DNA of 64,000 bases, taken from assembly GCA_050015075.1 (NCBI GenBank), contig JBEKCB010000022.1, forward strand, positions 1 through 64,000, in the 5' to 3' direction. The position numbers and the translations under genes were made by a program. This DNA comes from Candidatus Brocadiia bacterium (GTDB lineage: Bacteria; Planctomycetota; Brocadiia; CAIUPP01). Shown here piece by piece: positions 8,571-17,301 of the stretch (positions within the stretch are counted from its first letter, which is position 1; the number at the start of each line of letters is the position of its first letter). The notes under the pieces were generated by a model, which did not search any database, was not told where the DNA came from, and worked only from the letters and a program-made list of their open reading frames with translations.

Positions 8571-9230
8571 ATGATGCCGAGCAAGAAGAAGCACTGCTAC
8601 GATTATCCGCGGCCGATGGTCACGGTGGATTGCGTGCTGCTGCGCGAGGCGGAGCGCGCGCTGCAGGTGCTGCTGGTCGAGCGCAAGTCGCCGCCTTATA
8701 AGGGACGCTGGGCGTTGCCGGGCGGATTCATCCGGATGAACGAATCGCTCGAGGCGGCCGTCCTCCGCGAACTGGCTGAGGAGACGGGCATCAAGGACCT
8801 GTCGTTCCTCATCCAGCTCGGCGCGTACGGCGCGCTGGGGCGGGACCCGCGCGGGCGCACCATCACCGTGGCGTACATCGGCATCATTCCCGGCGGCGCC
8901 CGGCCTCCGAAAGCCGGCAGCGACGCCGCCGCGGCGGTGTGGCTCCCGGTCGAAGAACTGCCCGAACAGATGGCCTTCGACCACGCGGTGATCCTCGGCG
9001 ACGCGCTCCGGCGGCTCGCCGCGGGCGGCCGGTCCAGCGGCGTGCTCTTCGCGTTCCTCCGCGACCCCTTCACTTCAGAACAACTCGGGAACGTGCTCCA
9101 CGCCGTGTACGGCGTTCCGCTGTCACCCGAGGATTACCTGAAGCCATTCCTCGAAATGAAGATCGTCAGCCGGCTCAAGCGCGGCCGGGACTACCGCTTC
9201 ACGGGCTGGCACGAAGGGAAACGGCGGTGA
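8571..9230 (+). CDS. Nudix hydrolase, NrtR-like
   Basis: YPRPMVTVD, WALPGGF...AVLRELAEETG Nudix box, RDPRGRTITVAY, AFDHAVIL; short wHTH-like C-terminus; GAGGAG RBS. Confidence 0.85.
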   Translation: MMPSKKKHCYDYPRPMVTVDCVLLREAERALQVLLVERKSPPYKGRWALPGGFIRMNESLEAAVLRELAEETGIKDLSFLIQLGAYGALGRDPRGRTITVAYIGIIPGGARPPKAGSDAAAAVWLPVEELPEQMAFDHAVILGDALRRLAAGGRSSGVLFAFLRDPFTSEQLGNVLHAVYGVPLSPEDYLKPFLEMKIVSRLKRGRDYRFTGWHEGKRR

Positions 9231-10189
9231 GCGCGCGAAAGGCTGCGGCCCCCGCAAAGACCGTGAGCCATGCCGAACGGCCCGCCGTGAGCAAGGTCGA
9301 ACGGCTGCTCATCGGCGCGCACATGTCCATCTCCGGCGGCGTCGAACTGGCCCCGCTGCGCGGGCGCGACGTCGGCTGCGCCTGCATCCAGATCTTCACG
9401 AAGAGCAACATGCAGTGGGCCGCGCGGCCGCTGGGCGAAAAGGAGATCGCCGCGTTCAAGCTCAACTGCGCCCAGGCCGGCATCGCCCCGGTCGTCGCGC
9501 ATAACAGCTACCTTATCAACCTCGGCGCGCCGGACACAGCGCCGCTCGCGAAAAAATCGCTCGACTCGTTCCTCCTGGAACTCGAGCGTTGCCGAGCGCT
9601 CGGGCTGCCGGCAATCATCGCGCACCCCGGCTCGCACACGGGCGCCGGCGAGGTTGAAGGACTCCGCCGCATCCGAAGCGCCGTGGACGAACTCCTCGAG
9701 CGCACCTCCGGCTCGCCGGTTCACATCCTGCTCGAGACCACCGCCGGGCAGGGATCGAACCTCGGCTATCGCTTCGAGCAGCTCGCGGAGATGATGGAAG
9801 GCGTCAAGCAAAAGTCGCGCGTCGGCGTCTGCCTCGACACCTGCCACGTCTTCGCCGCCGGGTACGACATCCGGACCGAGGACGGCTATCGCCGCACCCT
9901 GGAGGAGTTCGACAAAATCATCGGCCTGAAAAAGCTCCAGGCGTTCCACCTGAACGACTCGATGGGCGATCTCGGCTCGAAGCTCGACCGCCACGAGCAG
10001 ATCGGCCATGGCCGCCTCGGCCCGGAGCCGTTCCGCCTGCTCCTGCGCGACCCGCGCTTCGCCGCCATCCCCAAAGTCCTCGAGACCCCGAAAGGCAAGC
10101 GCGGCAAGACGGAGTGGGACGTCATCAACCTGCGGCTGCTGCGGCAGCTCAGCGGCAGTGAAACGTGTAAAGCGAAACGCAAACACTGA
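9227..10189 (+). CDS. nfo: Endonuclease IV
   Basis: IGAHMSISGG, HNSYLINL, LLETTAGQGSNLG, CLDTCHVFAAGYD, HLNDS, DRHEQIG, LETP; start codon uncertain. Confidence 0.95.
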   Translation: MSARKAAAPAKTVSHAERPAVSKVERLLIGAHMSISGGVELAPLRGRDVGCACIQIFTKSNMQWAARPLGEKEIAAFKLNCAQAGIAPVVAHNSYLINLGAPDTAPLAKKSLDSFLLELERCRALGLPAIIAHPGSHTGAGEVEGLRRIRSAVDELLERTSGSPVHILLETTAGQGSNLGYRFEQLAEMMEGVKQKSRVGVCLDTCHVFAAGYDIRTEDGYRRTLEEFDKIIGLKKLQAFHLNDSMGDLGSKLDRHEQIGHGRLGPEPFRLLLRDPRFAAIPKVLETPKGKRGKTEWDVINLRLLRQLSGSETCKAKRKH

Positions 10190-10245
10190 AGAAACTGATA
10201 TAATGCTCACGGCTTGGCCCCTCTGATAAAAGCAGGCTTGGTCAC

Positions 10246-11322
10246 ATGAGCCTTCTGGAAGTCAAAGATCTTCGCAAGACGTACGACCGCCGCGAGGTGG
10301 TCAAGGGCGTCACGTTCTCCGTCGAGAAGGGCGAAATCGTCGGGCTCCTCGGGCAGAACGGCGCAGGCAAGACGACCGCCTTCCGCATGACGATCGGGAT
10401 GATCCGTTGCAACAGCGGCCAGGTGATGTTCATGGGCCAGGACGTGAGCCGCCTGCCCATGTACCAGCGCGCCCGCCGCGGGATGGGCTACCTGTCGCAG
10501 GAACCTTCGATCTTCCAGCGGATGAGCGTCGCCGACAACGTGGACGCGGTGCTCGAAACGCTCCGCATCAGCCGCGCCGAACGCAGGAAGCGCCTCGAAC
10601 AACTGCTCGAACAACTCTCCCTGGTCCACCTGCGCAACGCGACCGCGATGACGCTCTCCGGCGGCGAGCGGCGCCGCCTGGAGATCACCCGCGCGCTCGC
10701 GACCGAACCGCGCCTGATCCTCCTCGACGAGCCGTTCAGCGGCGTGGACCCGAAGGTCGTGAACGAGATACAGGAGATCGTCCTCAAACTCCGCGACACC
10801 GGCATCGGCGTGCTGCTCACCGACCACAATGTGCACGACACGCTCAGCGTGACGGACCGCTCGTACATTATCAGCGAGGGCCGCATCGAGGCAAGCGGGA
10901 CTCCCGAGGAACTGCTGGCGAACCCGCGCGCGCGCGATCTTTATTTCGGCGAGCGCCTCCAGATCGAACATATCGTCCGGTCTCGCGACCACGGAAAACC
11001 CGACGACGCGAATTCCGCAATCATGTCCGAGGGCGTGAAGGGTACAGGCACGATCCGAGCCGCGTTGCGGATCTATTACTCGCAGAAAAACACCTACGTC
11101 GGCGCCACGCTTCCCACCGCCTCTGCGCCGGGCACACTGCAGGTGGTTTGGGGCGACTTGCACGGAAAGTACTTCGCCCAGGGCGACTACTCGATAAGCG
11201 ATCTGACCGCTTCGACCTATACGATCAAGGCCGGCCCGCCTTCGCTGACGAAAAGCTCACAGTTGACTTATATCATCAACGAGACAGGCGCGGAGTCCGG
11301 AACGTACATGACCGGTCAGTAA
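10246..11322 (+). CDS. lptB: LPS export ABC ATPase LptB with an unusual ~115 aa C-terminal pilin-like extension
   Basis: GLLGQNGAGKTT, LPMYQRARRGMGYLSQEPSIF, LSGGERRRLEI, LLDEPFSGVDP, LLTDHNV, YFGE; the frame continues past the normal ~240 aa end. Confidence 0.88.
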   Translation: MSLLEVKDLRKTYDRREVVKGVTFSVEKGEIVGLLGQNGAGKTTAFRMTIGMIRCNSGQVMFMGQDVSRLPMYQRARRGMGYLSQEPSIFQRMSVADNVDAVLETLRISRAERRKRLEQLLEQLSLVHLRNATAMTLSGGERRRLEITRALATEPRLILLDEPFSGVDPKVVNEIQEIVLKLRDTGIGVLLTDHNVHDTLSVTDRSYIISEGRIEASGTPEELLANPRARDLYFGERLQIEHIVRSRDHGKPDDANSAIMSEGVKGTGTIRAALRIYYSQKNTYVGATLPTASAPGTLQVVWGDLHGKYFAQGDYSISDLTASTYTIKAGPPSLTKSSQLTYIINETGAESGTYMTGQ

Positions 11323-11464
11323 AGCCATCCGCCGCGGCAGACCAGTGATCGGACGGTTCTGAACAGGCTTCGAAGAACGGCGGCGCAGCCCACGAAAGCG
11401 GCGGCTCAGCCGGGCCGCCGGCCGCCTGACGCCCGCCCCATTGCGAGAAGGACGTTGCCGCGAT

Positions 11465-12562
11465 ATGAGCGATGGCCCTTCTGAAAACGCGCGCCGCGTC
11501 CTGCTCGTCTCCGTGAACCATCTCGGCGACTGCATCGCATTCCTGCCGGTGGCGGCGGCCGTCCGCAAATATCTTCCCGATGCGCGAATCACGATGCTGA
11601 CGCGCCGCATCGGCCAGGAGGCGGCGCGCCTGACCGGGTGCGTGGACGACTTCATCGTCGTCCCGACAGCGCGATCGAACGTCGCCCTCGGACTGGGTTT
11701 CCTGAACCGGGCCGACGCACTCCGCCGCGAGCGGTTCGACCTGGCGTTCATGGCCTCCGGTGAAAGTTCCGCGACCGCCGCGCTGCTGTTCCTGGGCCGG
11801 GCGCGGAAGCGGATCGGCTTCGCGGACTGCCGTCTGCGACGGCTGCTCTCCATCCGCGTCGAGGCGCGCGAGATGGAGCTGGAGGCGCTGCGGAATCTCC
11901 GCCTGCTGCGCGCGGCCGGGCTGCCGGACGCGCTGGAACGCCCGCCCTGCCGGGTTCCCGAGGAGCGGCTCGCGGAGGCGCCGGCGCTCATCGCGAAGTC
12001 CGGCGCGCGCGCCGGCCGGCGCGTGCTGATCCATCCGGGATCGTCGCAGCCGACCCGCCGATGGCCCGCGGCGAAGTTCGCGGACCTGTGCTCGCGCCTC
12101 ATCCGCACCGGCCTTGCGCAGCCGATCCTCGTCGAGGGGCCGGCCGAGCCGGGCCTCAGCGCGGAGATCCATCGCATGTCCCTCCACCCGCTGCCGGTGC
12201 TCCAGCCGCTCGACGGAATTGACCTCCTTGCCGCCGTGATGACGCAATGCGATCTGTTCGTCGGTCACAGCAGCGGTCCGTTCCACCTGGCGGTCCTGCT
12301 CGGACGGCCGACCGTCTCGCTCTGGGGCGACACCGATCCGCGCCTCTGGGGCCCGGCGTGGGAATCGGATCGGCACGTCCTCGTCCGCAGCCCGCTCCCG
12401 TGCGCCGGCTGCGAACACTGGGACCCGGAACGGCACGCGGTCGTCCGCGGGCCGGAAGGCGGCGCGAACGGCGCTCAGCCGCCTTGCGAGCGATGTTTCG
12501 ACGCCATCACAGTGGACGCCGTGTTCGAGGCCATCCGCGGCCAACTCGCGCCGCACAGGTGA
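11465..12562 (+). CDS. Glycosyltransferase family 9 (heptosyltransferase-like)
   Basis: HLGDCI, IHPGSSQPTRRWP, FVGHSSGPFHLAVLLGRPTVSLWGDT. Confidence 0.88.
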   Translation: MSDGPSENARRVLLVSVNHLGDCIAFLPVAAAVRKYLPDARITMLTRRIGQEAARLTGCVDDFIVVPTARSNVALGLGFLNRADALRRERFDLAFMASGESSATAALLFLGRARKRIGFADCRLRRLLSIRVEAREMELEALRNLRLLRAAGLPDALERPPCRVPEERLAEAPALIAKSGARAGRRVLIHPGSSQPTRRWPAAKFADLCSRLIRTGLAQPILVEGPAEPGLSAEIHRMSLHPLPVLQPLDGIDLLAAVMTQCDLFVGHSSGPFHLAVLLGRPTVSLWGDTDPRLWGPAWESDRHVLVRSPLPCAGCEHWDPERHAVVRGPEGGANGAQPPCERCFDAITVDAVFEAIRGQLAPHR

Positions 12563-12568
12563 ACGACG

Positions 12569-13798
12569 GTGAAAATCCTTCTCATCAACAAGTTCTACTA
12601 TCTCGCGGGCGGCACCGAGCGCTACCTGTTCGAATGGGAGGCGCTGCTCCGGTCGCGCGGGCACGAGGTCATGGTCTTCTCCATGCGCCATCCGGAGAAT
12701 CTTCCCAGCCGGCAGGAGCGTTTCTTCATGGAGCGCGTCCGCTTCGACGCGGACCAGCCGCCCGAGGCGCGGTTGCGCGCGGCGGCGCACTCGATCTGGA
12801 GCCGCGAGGCGGCGGACCGGCTGTCGGAGCTGCTCAAAGCCGAGGGCACGCCCGACATCGCGCACCTGCATTCCTTCATGTACCAGCTCACGCCGGCCAT
12901 CCTCGAGCCGCTGGTCGCGCGCCGCGTGCCGATCGTCCAGACCTGCCACGACTACGCGCACATCTGCGTCAACCAGCACCTGTACAACCATCGCGTGAAC
13001 CGCCTCTGCGAGGAATGCCTTCGCCGCGGGCGGCTGGCGCCGCTCTGGACCCGCTGCATCAAAGGCTCCTTCGCGCAGAGCGCCGCCGGGTGCGCCGCCG
13101 GTTGCGCGGACGCGCTCATCGGCCGCAGCCGCAGCAAGGTCCGGCGATTCCTCACGCCGAGCGATTTCATGCGGCGGAAGGTGATCGAGGGCGGCCTGCC
13201 GGCGCGGCGCGTCTTCCACGAGCGGCACTTCATCCGCCCGGACTGGATCGCGCCTTCGCAATCGCCGGGCGACTACATCCTTTTCATGGGCCGGCTGGTG
13301 CCGCAGAAAGGGCTCGGCACATTCCTCGATGCCGCGGCGCTCGCGCCCGAAGTGCCGTGCAAAGTGGCCGGGACCGGGGCGCTGGAATCGGCCGCGCGGG
13401 CGCGCGTGCGCGAGCAGAATTTCAGCCACGTCGAGATGCTCGGCCACCGCGACGGCCCGCAACTCCTCGAGATCGTGCGCGGCGCGCGCGCCGTGGTGGT
13501 GCCTTCGGAGTGGTACGAACCGTTCTCGCTTGTTATCCTTGAGGCAATGGCGGCGGCGCGGCCGGTGATCGCCTCGCGCATCGCCGGCCCGGCGGAGATT
13601 CTTTCGCACGGCGAGGACGGCCTGCTCGTGCCGCCCGGCGGCGCGGAGGAACTCGCCGCCGCGTTCCGGACGCTCTGGCGCGACCCGGCGCGCGCCGTCG
13701 AGATGGGCCGGCGCGGCCTGGAGAAAACCCGCGTGCTCTACGCGCCGGACGGACATTACCGGCGATTGATGACGCATTTCGAGGAAGTCATGCAATGA
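12569..13798 (+). CDS. Glycosyltransferase family 4
   Basis: MKILLINKFYYLAGGTERY, FMGRLVPQKG, PSEWYEPFSLVILEAMA. Confidence 0.9.
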   Translation: MKILLINKFYYLAGGTERYLFEWEALLRSRGHEVMVFSMRHPENLPSRQERFFMERVRFDADQPPEARLRAAAHSIWSREAADRLSELLKAEGTPDIAHLHSFMYQLTPAILEPLVARRVPIVQTCHDYAHICVNQHLYNHRVNRLCEECLRRGRLAPLWTRCIKGSFAQSAAGCAAGCADALIGRSRSKVRRFLTPSDFMRRKVIEGGLPARRVFHERHFIRPDWIAPSQSPGDYILFMGRLVPQKGLGTFLDAAALAPEVPCKVAGTGALESAARARVREQNFSHVEMLGHRDGPQLLEIVRGARAVVVPSEWYEPFSLVILEAMAAARPVIASRIAGPAEILSHGEDGLLVPPGGAEELAAAFRTLWRDPARAVEMGRRGLEKTRVLYAPDGHYRRLMTHFEEVMQ

Positions 13799-14760
13799 TG
13801 CCCATGGATGCGGTCCTGGCGGTCACCTATCGCTGCAACGCCCGCTGCACGATGTGCGGCATCTGGAGCTCGAACCCGGTCGCCGAACTGCCGCCGGCGG
13901 CTTATGCCCGGCTGCCCTCGAGCCTGCGCGACGTCAACCTCACCGGCGGCGAGCCGTTCCTGCGCGACGACCTGCCCGAAATCCACGCCGCGGTCCGGTC
14001 CGCGTGCCGGCGCGCGCGCACGATCGTCAGCACCAACGGCCTGCTGACCGACCGGATCATCGCTGCGGTGCGGGCGATGGCGAGCGTCGAACCGGGCATC
14101 GGCGTCGCGGTCTCGGTGGACGGCCCGCCGGAAATCCACGACCGCATGCGCGGAGTCCCGGGCGCGTACGAGCGCGCACTGGCCACCGTCCGCGGGCTTC
14201 AGCTGGCCGGGTTCCGAAACCTGCGGCTGGCGTTCACGCTGACGGACGGGAACCCGAACTGCCTGGGGCAGGTCTACGCGCTCGCGCGAGAGCTCGGCGT
14301 CGAGTTCACCTGCGCATTGCAGCACGGCTCCGAGCACTACTTCCGCATGCAAGCACCCCAGGCGCGTTCGATCCAGGCGGAGATCGCGCCGGCCATCCGC
14401 GGCGAGCTGCGTTCTCTCTCGCCGAAGCGATGGGCGCGCGCCTATTTCATGAACGGGCTGTCCCGGTACGCCGCCGGTCGCGGCCGACCGCTCCCGTGTC
14501 AGGCGGGACGCGATTTCTTCTTCATGAGCCCGTCCGGCGACGTCTTTACCTGCAACGGCGAGTCCTTCCGCATGGGCAACCTGAACCGGCAGACCTTCGA
14601 CCAGGTCTGGAAGTCGCTCGAGGCCTCCAACGCGCGGGCGTGCGCCCACTTCTGCCGGGCCGGTTGCTGGATGGTCTGCACGGCGCGAACGGCGGTGCGC
14701 CGCGCCTGGCCGCGAGTGCTGCTCTGGGCGCTCGTCCACTCCGTCGTCGGCGTCCGTTGA
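13795..14760 (+). CDS. Radical SAM/SPASM domain protein
   Basis: CNARCTMC (CxxxCxxC), LTGGEPFLR, C-terminal Cys cluster CQAG...C...CRAGCWMVC. Confidence 0.9.
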   Translation: MMPMDAVLAVTYRCNARCTMCGIWSSNPVAELPPAAYARLPSSLRDVNLTGGEPFLRDDLPEIHAAVRSACRRARTIVSTNGLLTDRIIAAVRAMASVEPGIGVAVSVDGPPEIHDRMRGVPGAYERALATVRGLQLAGFRNLRLAFTLTDGNPNCLGQVYALARELGVEFTCALQHGSEHYFRMQAPQARSIQAEIAPAIRGELRSLSPKRWARAYFMNGLSRYAAGRGRPLPCQAGRDFFFMSPSGDVFTCNGESFRMGNLNRQTFDQVWKSLEASNARACAHFCRAGCWMVCTARTAVRRAWPRVLLWALVHSVVGVR

Positions 14761-14775
14761 AAACCGAATTCGATT

Positions 14776-14807
14776 TCACCGCAGAGGCGCAGAGGACGCG
14801 GAGAACG
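14776..14807. repeat. Left inverted arm flanking GxxExxY
   Basis: TCACCGCAGAGGCGCAGAGGACGCGGAGAACG, complementary to the downstream arms. Confidence 0.85.
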
Positions 14808-14825
14808 ACGAAACAAGGATGACCC

Positions 14826-15203
14826 ATGGAACTGAATCAATTGACCGAGAAGATCATAGGCGCGGCGATTGAGGTGCACCGGACGCTTGGGCCGGGGCTG
14901 ATGGAGTCGGCCTATGCAGAATGCCTCTGCCGGGAACTGTCGCTTCAGGGAATCCCGTTTGAGCGTGAAAAAGCGCTGCCGGTCGAATACAAGGGCGTCA
15001 GGCTCGATTGCGGCTACAGGCTCGACCTGCTTGTCGCCGGTTCTGTGGTCGTTGAACTCAAGGCGGTTGAAGAATTACTGCCAATCCACGAAGCCCAATT
15101 GCTGACCTACTTGCGCCTCGGCGGCTGGAAGGTCGGCCTGCTCATCAATTTCAACGTCCCGGTCTTGACGAAGGGCGTGAAACGCATGGTCAATAACTTG
15201 TGA
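14826..15203 (+). CDS. GxxExxY protein (PD-(D/E)XK nuclease-like fold)
   Basis: [54 protein letters not shown]. Confidence 0.95.
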   Translation: MELNQLTEKIIGAAIEVHRTLGPGLMESAYAECLCRELSLQGIPFEREKALPVEYKGVRLDCGYRLDLLVAGSVVVELKAVEELLPIHEAQLLTYLRLGGWKVGLLINFNVPVLTKGVKRMVNNL

Positions 15204-15207
15204 CTTA

Positions 15208-15324
15208 TAGAAATCCGTTCTCTGCGTTCTCTGTGTCTCTGCGGTGAGCCTTTAACTGAAGGCGTCTAGAAATCCGTTCTCTGCGTTCTCTGTGTCTCTG
15301 CGGTGAGCCTTTAACTGAAGGCGT
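15208..15324. repeat. Tandem 58-bp identical duplication containing the right inverted arm of the GxxExxY element
   Basis: TAGAAATCCGTTCTCTGCGTTCTCTGTGTCTCTGCGGTGAGCCTTTAACTGAAGGCGT at 15208 and again at 15267. Confidence 0.92.
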
Positions 15325-15330
15325 AGAGCG

Positions 15331-16476
15331 TTGAGAATCGCGATGCTCGGGCTCAAGGGAATCCCGGCCACGTTCGGCGGCGTCGAGCGGCACGTCGAGG
15401 AACTTTCGGCGCGGCTCGCCGGGCGCGGTCACGAGGTCACGGTCTATTGCCGTCGGAACTACACGCCGGGCGGCTCGCTTCATCGCGGCGTGCGGCTGAG
15501 GATTCTGCCGAGCATCCCGACGAAGCATCTCGACGCTTTCTCGCACACCGCCCTGGCGGCGGCCGACATCGCCGCGCGGCCGTTCGACGTCGTCCATTTC
15601 CATTCCGCCGGCCCGGCGCTGCTTTCGTTCCTGCCGCGGATCGCCTCGCGCCGGCCGTGCGCGGTCGTCGCGACCGTTCACGCGATGGACTGGCGCCGCC
15701 GCAAATGGGGCCCGCTCGCGCGCTGGTGCCTGCGGCGCGGCGCGTGGGCTGCCGTCACGTTCCCGCAGCGGACGATCGTCGTGTCGCGGCGGATGCAGGA
15801 TTATTTCGCCCGGCGCGGGAAGCGCGTTGTTCATATTCCGAACGGCGTCGAAGCGCCCTGCCCCGCGCCGCTCGCGGAGTTGCGAGGGCAGGGCATCGAG
15901 AAGGACCGCTACGTCCTGTGGATGGGCCGTTTCGTGCCGGAGAAGCGCGTCGAGGACTTGATCGCCGCGTTCCGGCCGCTGGGCGGCGAGACGAAGCTGC
16001 TCCTCGCGGGCGAAGTGGACGAAGCCGATCCGTATTTCCAATCGCTGCGCGCGGCCGCGGGCGGCGACCCGCGGATCATTTTCCCGGGTGGCCTTTACGG
16101 CCGCGCGAAAGCCGAAGCGCTGACGAACGCCGCGCTCGTCGCGCTGACTTCCGACCTCGAAGGATTCCCCATCGCGCTGCTCGAAGGCATGCGCTACGGC
16201 CGCCCGGTCCTCGCCAGCGACATTCCCGAGAACCTGGAGGCGCTCTGGCCGCAGGTGAACGGCTACGCCTTCCGGACGGGCGACCCGGCTTCGCTCCACG
16301 AGCGCATGGCCTGGATTCTGGCGCATCCGGCCGAGGCGGCCTCAGCCGCCCGGCGGGCCGAGCAGGATTCGCAGCAATATGACTGGGACGTGATCGCCGG
16401 CCAAGTGGAGTCCGTCTATCGCGGCGCGCTCAGAGCGACGCGGAACGACGAACGCGGACCAGCTTCGTCATACTGA
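15331..16476 (+). CDS. Glycosyltransferase family 4
   Basis: RIAMLGLKGIPATFGGVERHVEEL, MGRFVPEKR, SDLEGFPIALLEGM, ASDIPEN. Confidence 0.9.
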   Translation: MRIAMLGLKGIPATFGGVERHVEELSARLAGRGHEVTVYCRRNYTPGGSLHRGVRLRILPSIPTKHLDAFSHTALAAADIAARPFDVVHFHSAGPALLSFLPRIASRRPCAVVATVHAMDWRRRKWGPLARWCLRRGAWAAVTFPQRTIVVSRRMQDYFARRGKRVVHIPNGVEAPCPAPLAELRGQGIEKDRYVLWMGRFVPEKRVEDLIAAFRPLGGETKLLLAGEVDEADPYFQSLRAAAGGDPRIIFPGGLYGRAKAEALTNAALVALTSDLEGFPIALLEGMRYGRPVLASDIPENLEALWPQVNGYAFRTGDPASLHERMAWILAHPAEAASAARRAEQDSQQYDWDVIAGQVESVYRGALRATRNDERGPASSY

Positions 16477-16663
16477 GCGCAGCCCATCTTCCGTGAACAC
16501 AGGACCGAACGGCGCAGCCTCTTAGCCGCAACGAGGGATAAGTCGCGGGTCGCCGGCAGCGCAGTATCGAGCCGTGAATGCTCGGCGATCCGGCGAGCCA
16601 ACAGCGGTCCAATGTGCAAGGGAATAACGGGTATCGAGTCCCAGCGATACGCCTCACGGTAAA

Positions 16664-16987
16664 TTATTCAGTTCTGCGCAACCAAAGATATTGATGAGCC
16701 CGAAAAATTATGTAGTAGAGCGCCAAGAGAAAGCGCCAGCCGGTCAGACTACTACCGCACTCAAAGACAATATGGTCGCCCTGCAGCGACTCGAAATCAA
16801 TCTGCCCGCTGCTACACCAATCAATCCGAAGCACAAGAGAGTGCCTCCCTGGTGAAATGGGAATCGTGACAGATTTACGGGCCCGAACTGAACCAACAAC
16901 CACACCGTCAACTTTGATTTTGTAAGCTCGCAGACGGTCGCCGTAGCTCGTCGTCCGTCGAACCGTGATGTGTGTTTGCTCGCTCAT
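16664..16987 (-). CDS. Hypothetical small protein in an AT-rich islet
   Basis: 107 aa ORF (DRLRAYKIKVDG...PGRHSLVLRIDWCSS) with a hydrophobic C-terminus; low GC. Confidence 0.7.
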   Translation of the reverse strand: MSEQTHITVRRTTSYGDRLRAYKIKVDGVVVGSVRARKSVTIPISPGRHSLVLRIDWCSSGQIDFESLQGDHIVFECGSSLTGWRFLLALYYIIFRAHQYLWLRRTE

Positions 16988-17301
16988 AATTTCGATGATG
17001 CCCGATAGCCGCCTAACTTCTTATTCTACACAGAACAATTGCTGGAGTTCCGGTGAGCCATAAGTAACCGGGATTTCTCATTTGACGGTCTCTCAGGGTA
17101 CGGTCCGCATTCGAACATAAGATTCTACCCTCAAAGTGCCCGCTGCCAAGTGGTTTCTCGCATGCTCTGCAATGCCGTTGTTCTGTATGAAGATACGCCC
17201 ACGCGCGCCTCTCGCCCTTCTGATTGGGGCGGGAATCTGGAGCGGTTCGCCTAAGGACCTAGTTGGCCAACCATCATGCGAGTTATATCCGGGAGGCCGC
17301 C

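Noticed and set aside
11276-13795. Very long antisense ORFs (also 21972..24110, 25692..27941, 28020..30719, 57271..59292)
   Set aside because: Typical stop-poor antisense frames of high-GC genes, with no recognisable motifs
15208-15324. Direct repeats as a mini CRISPR array
   Set aside because: Two adjacent 58-bp copies with no spacer and no cas genes
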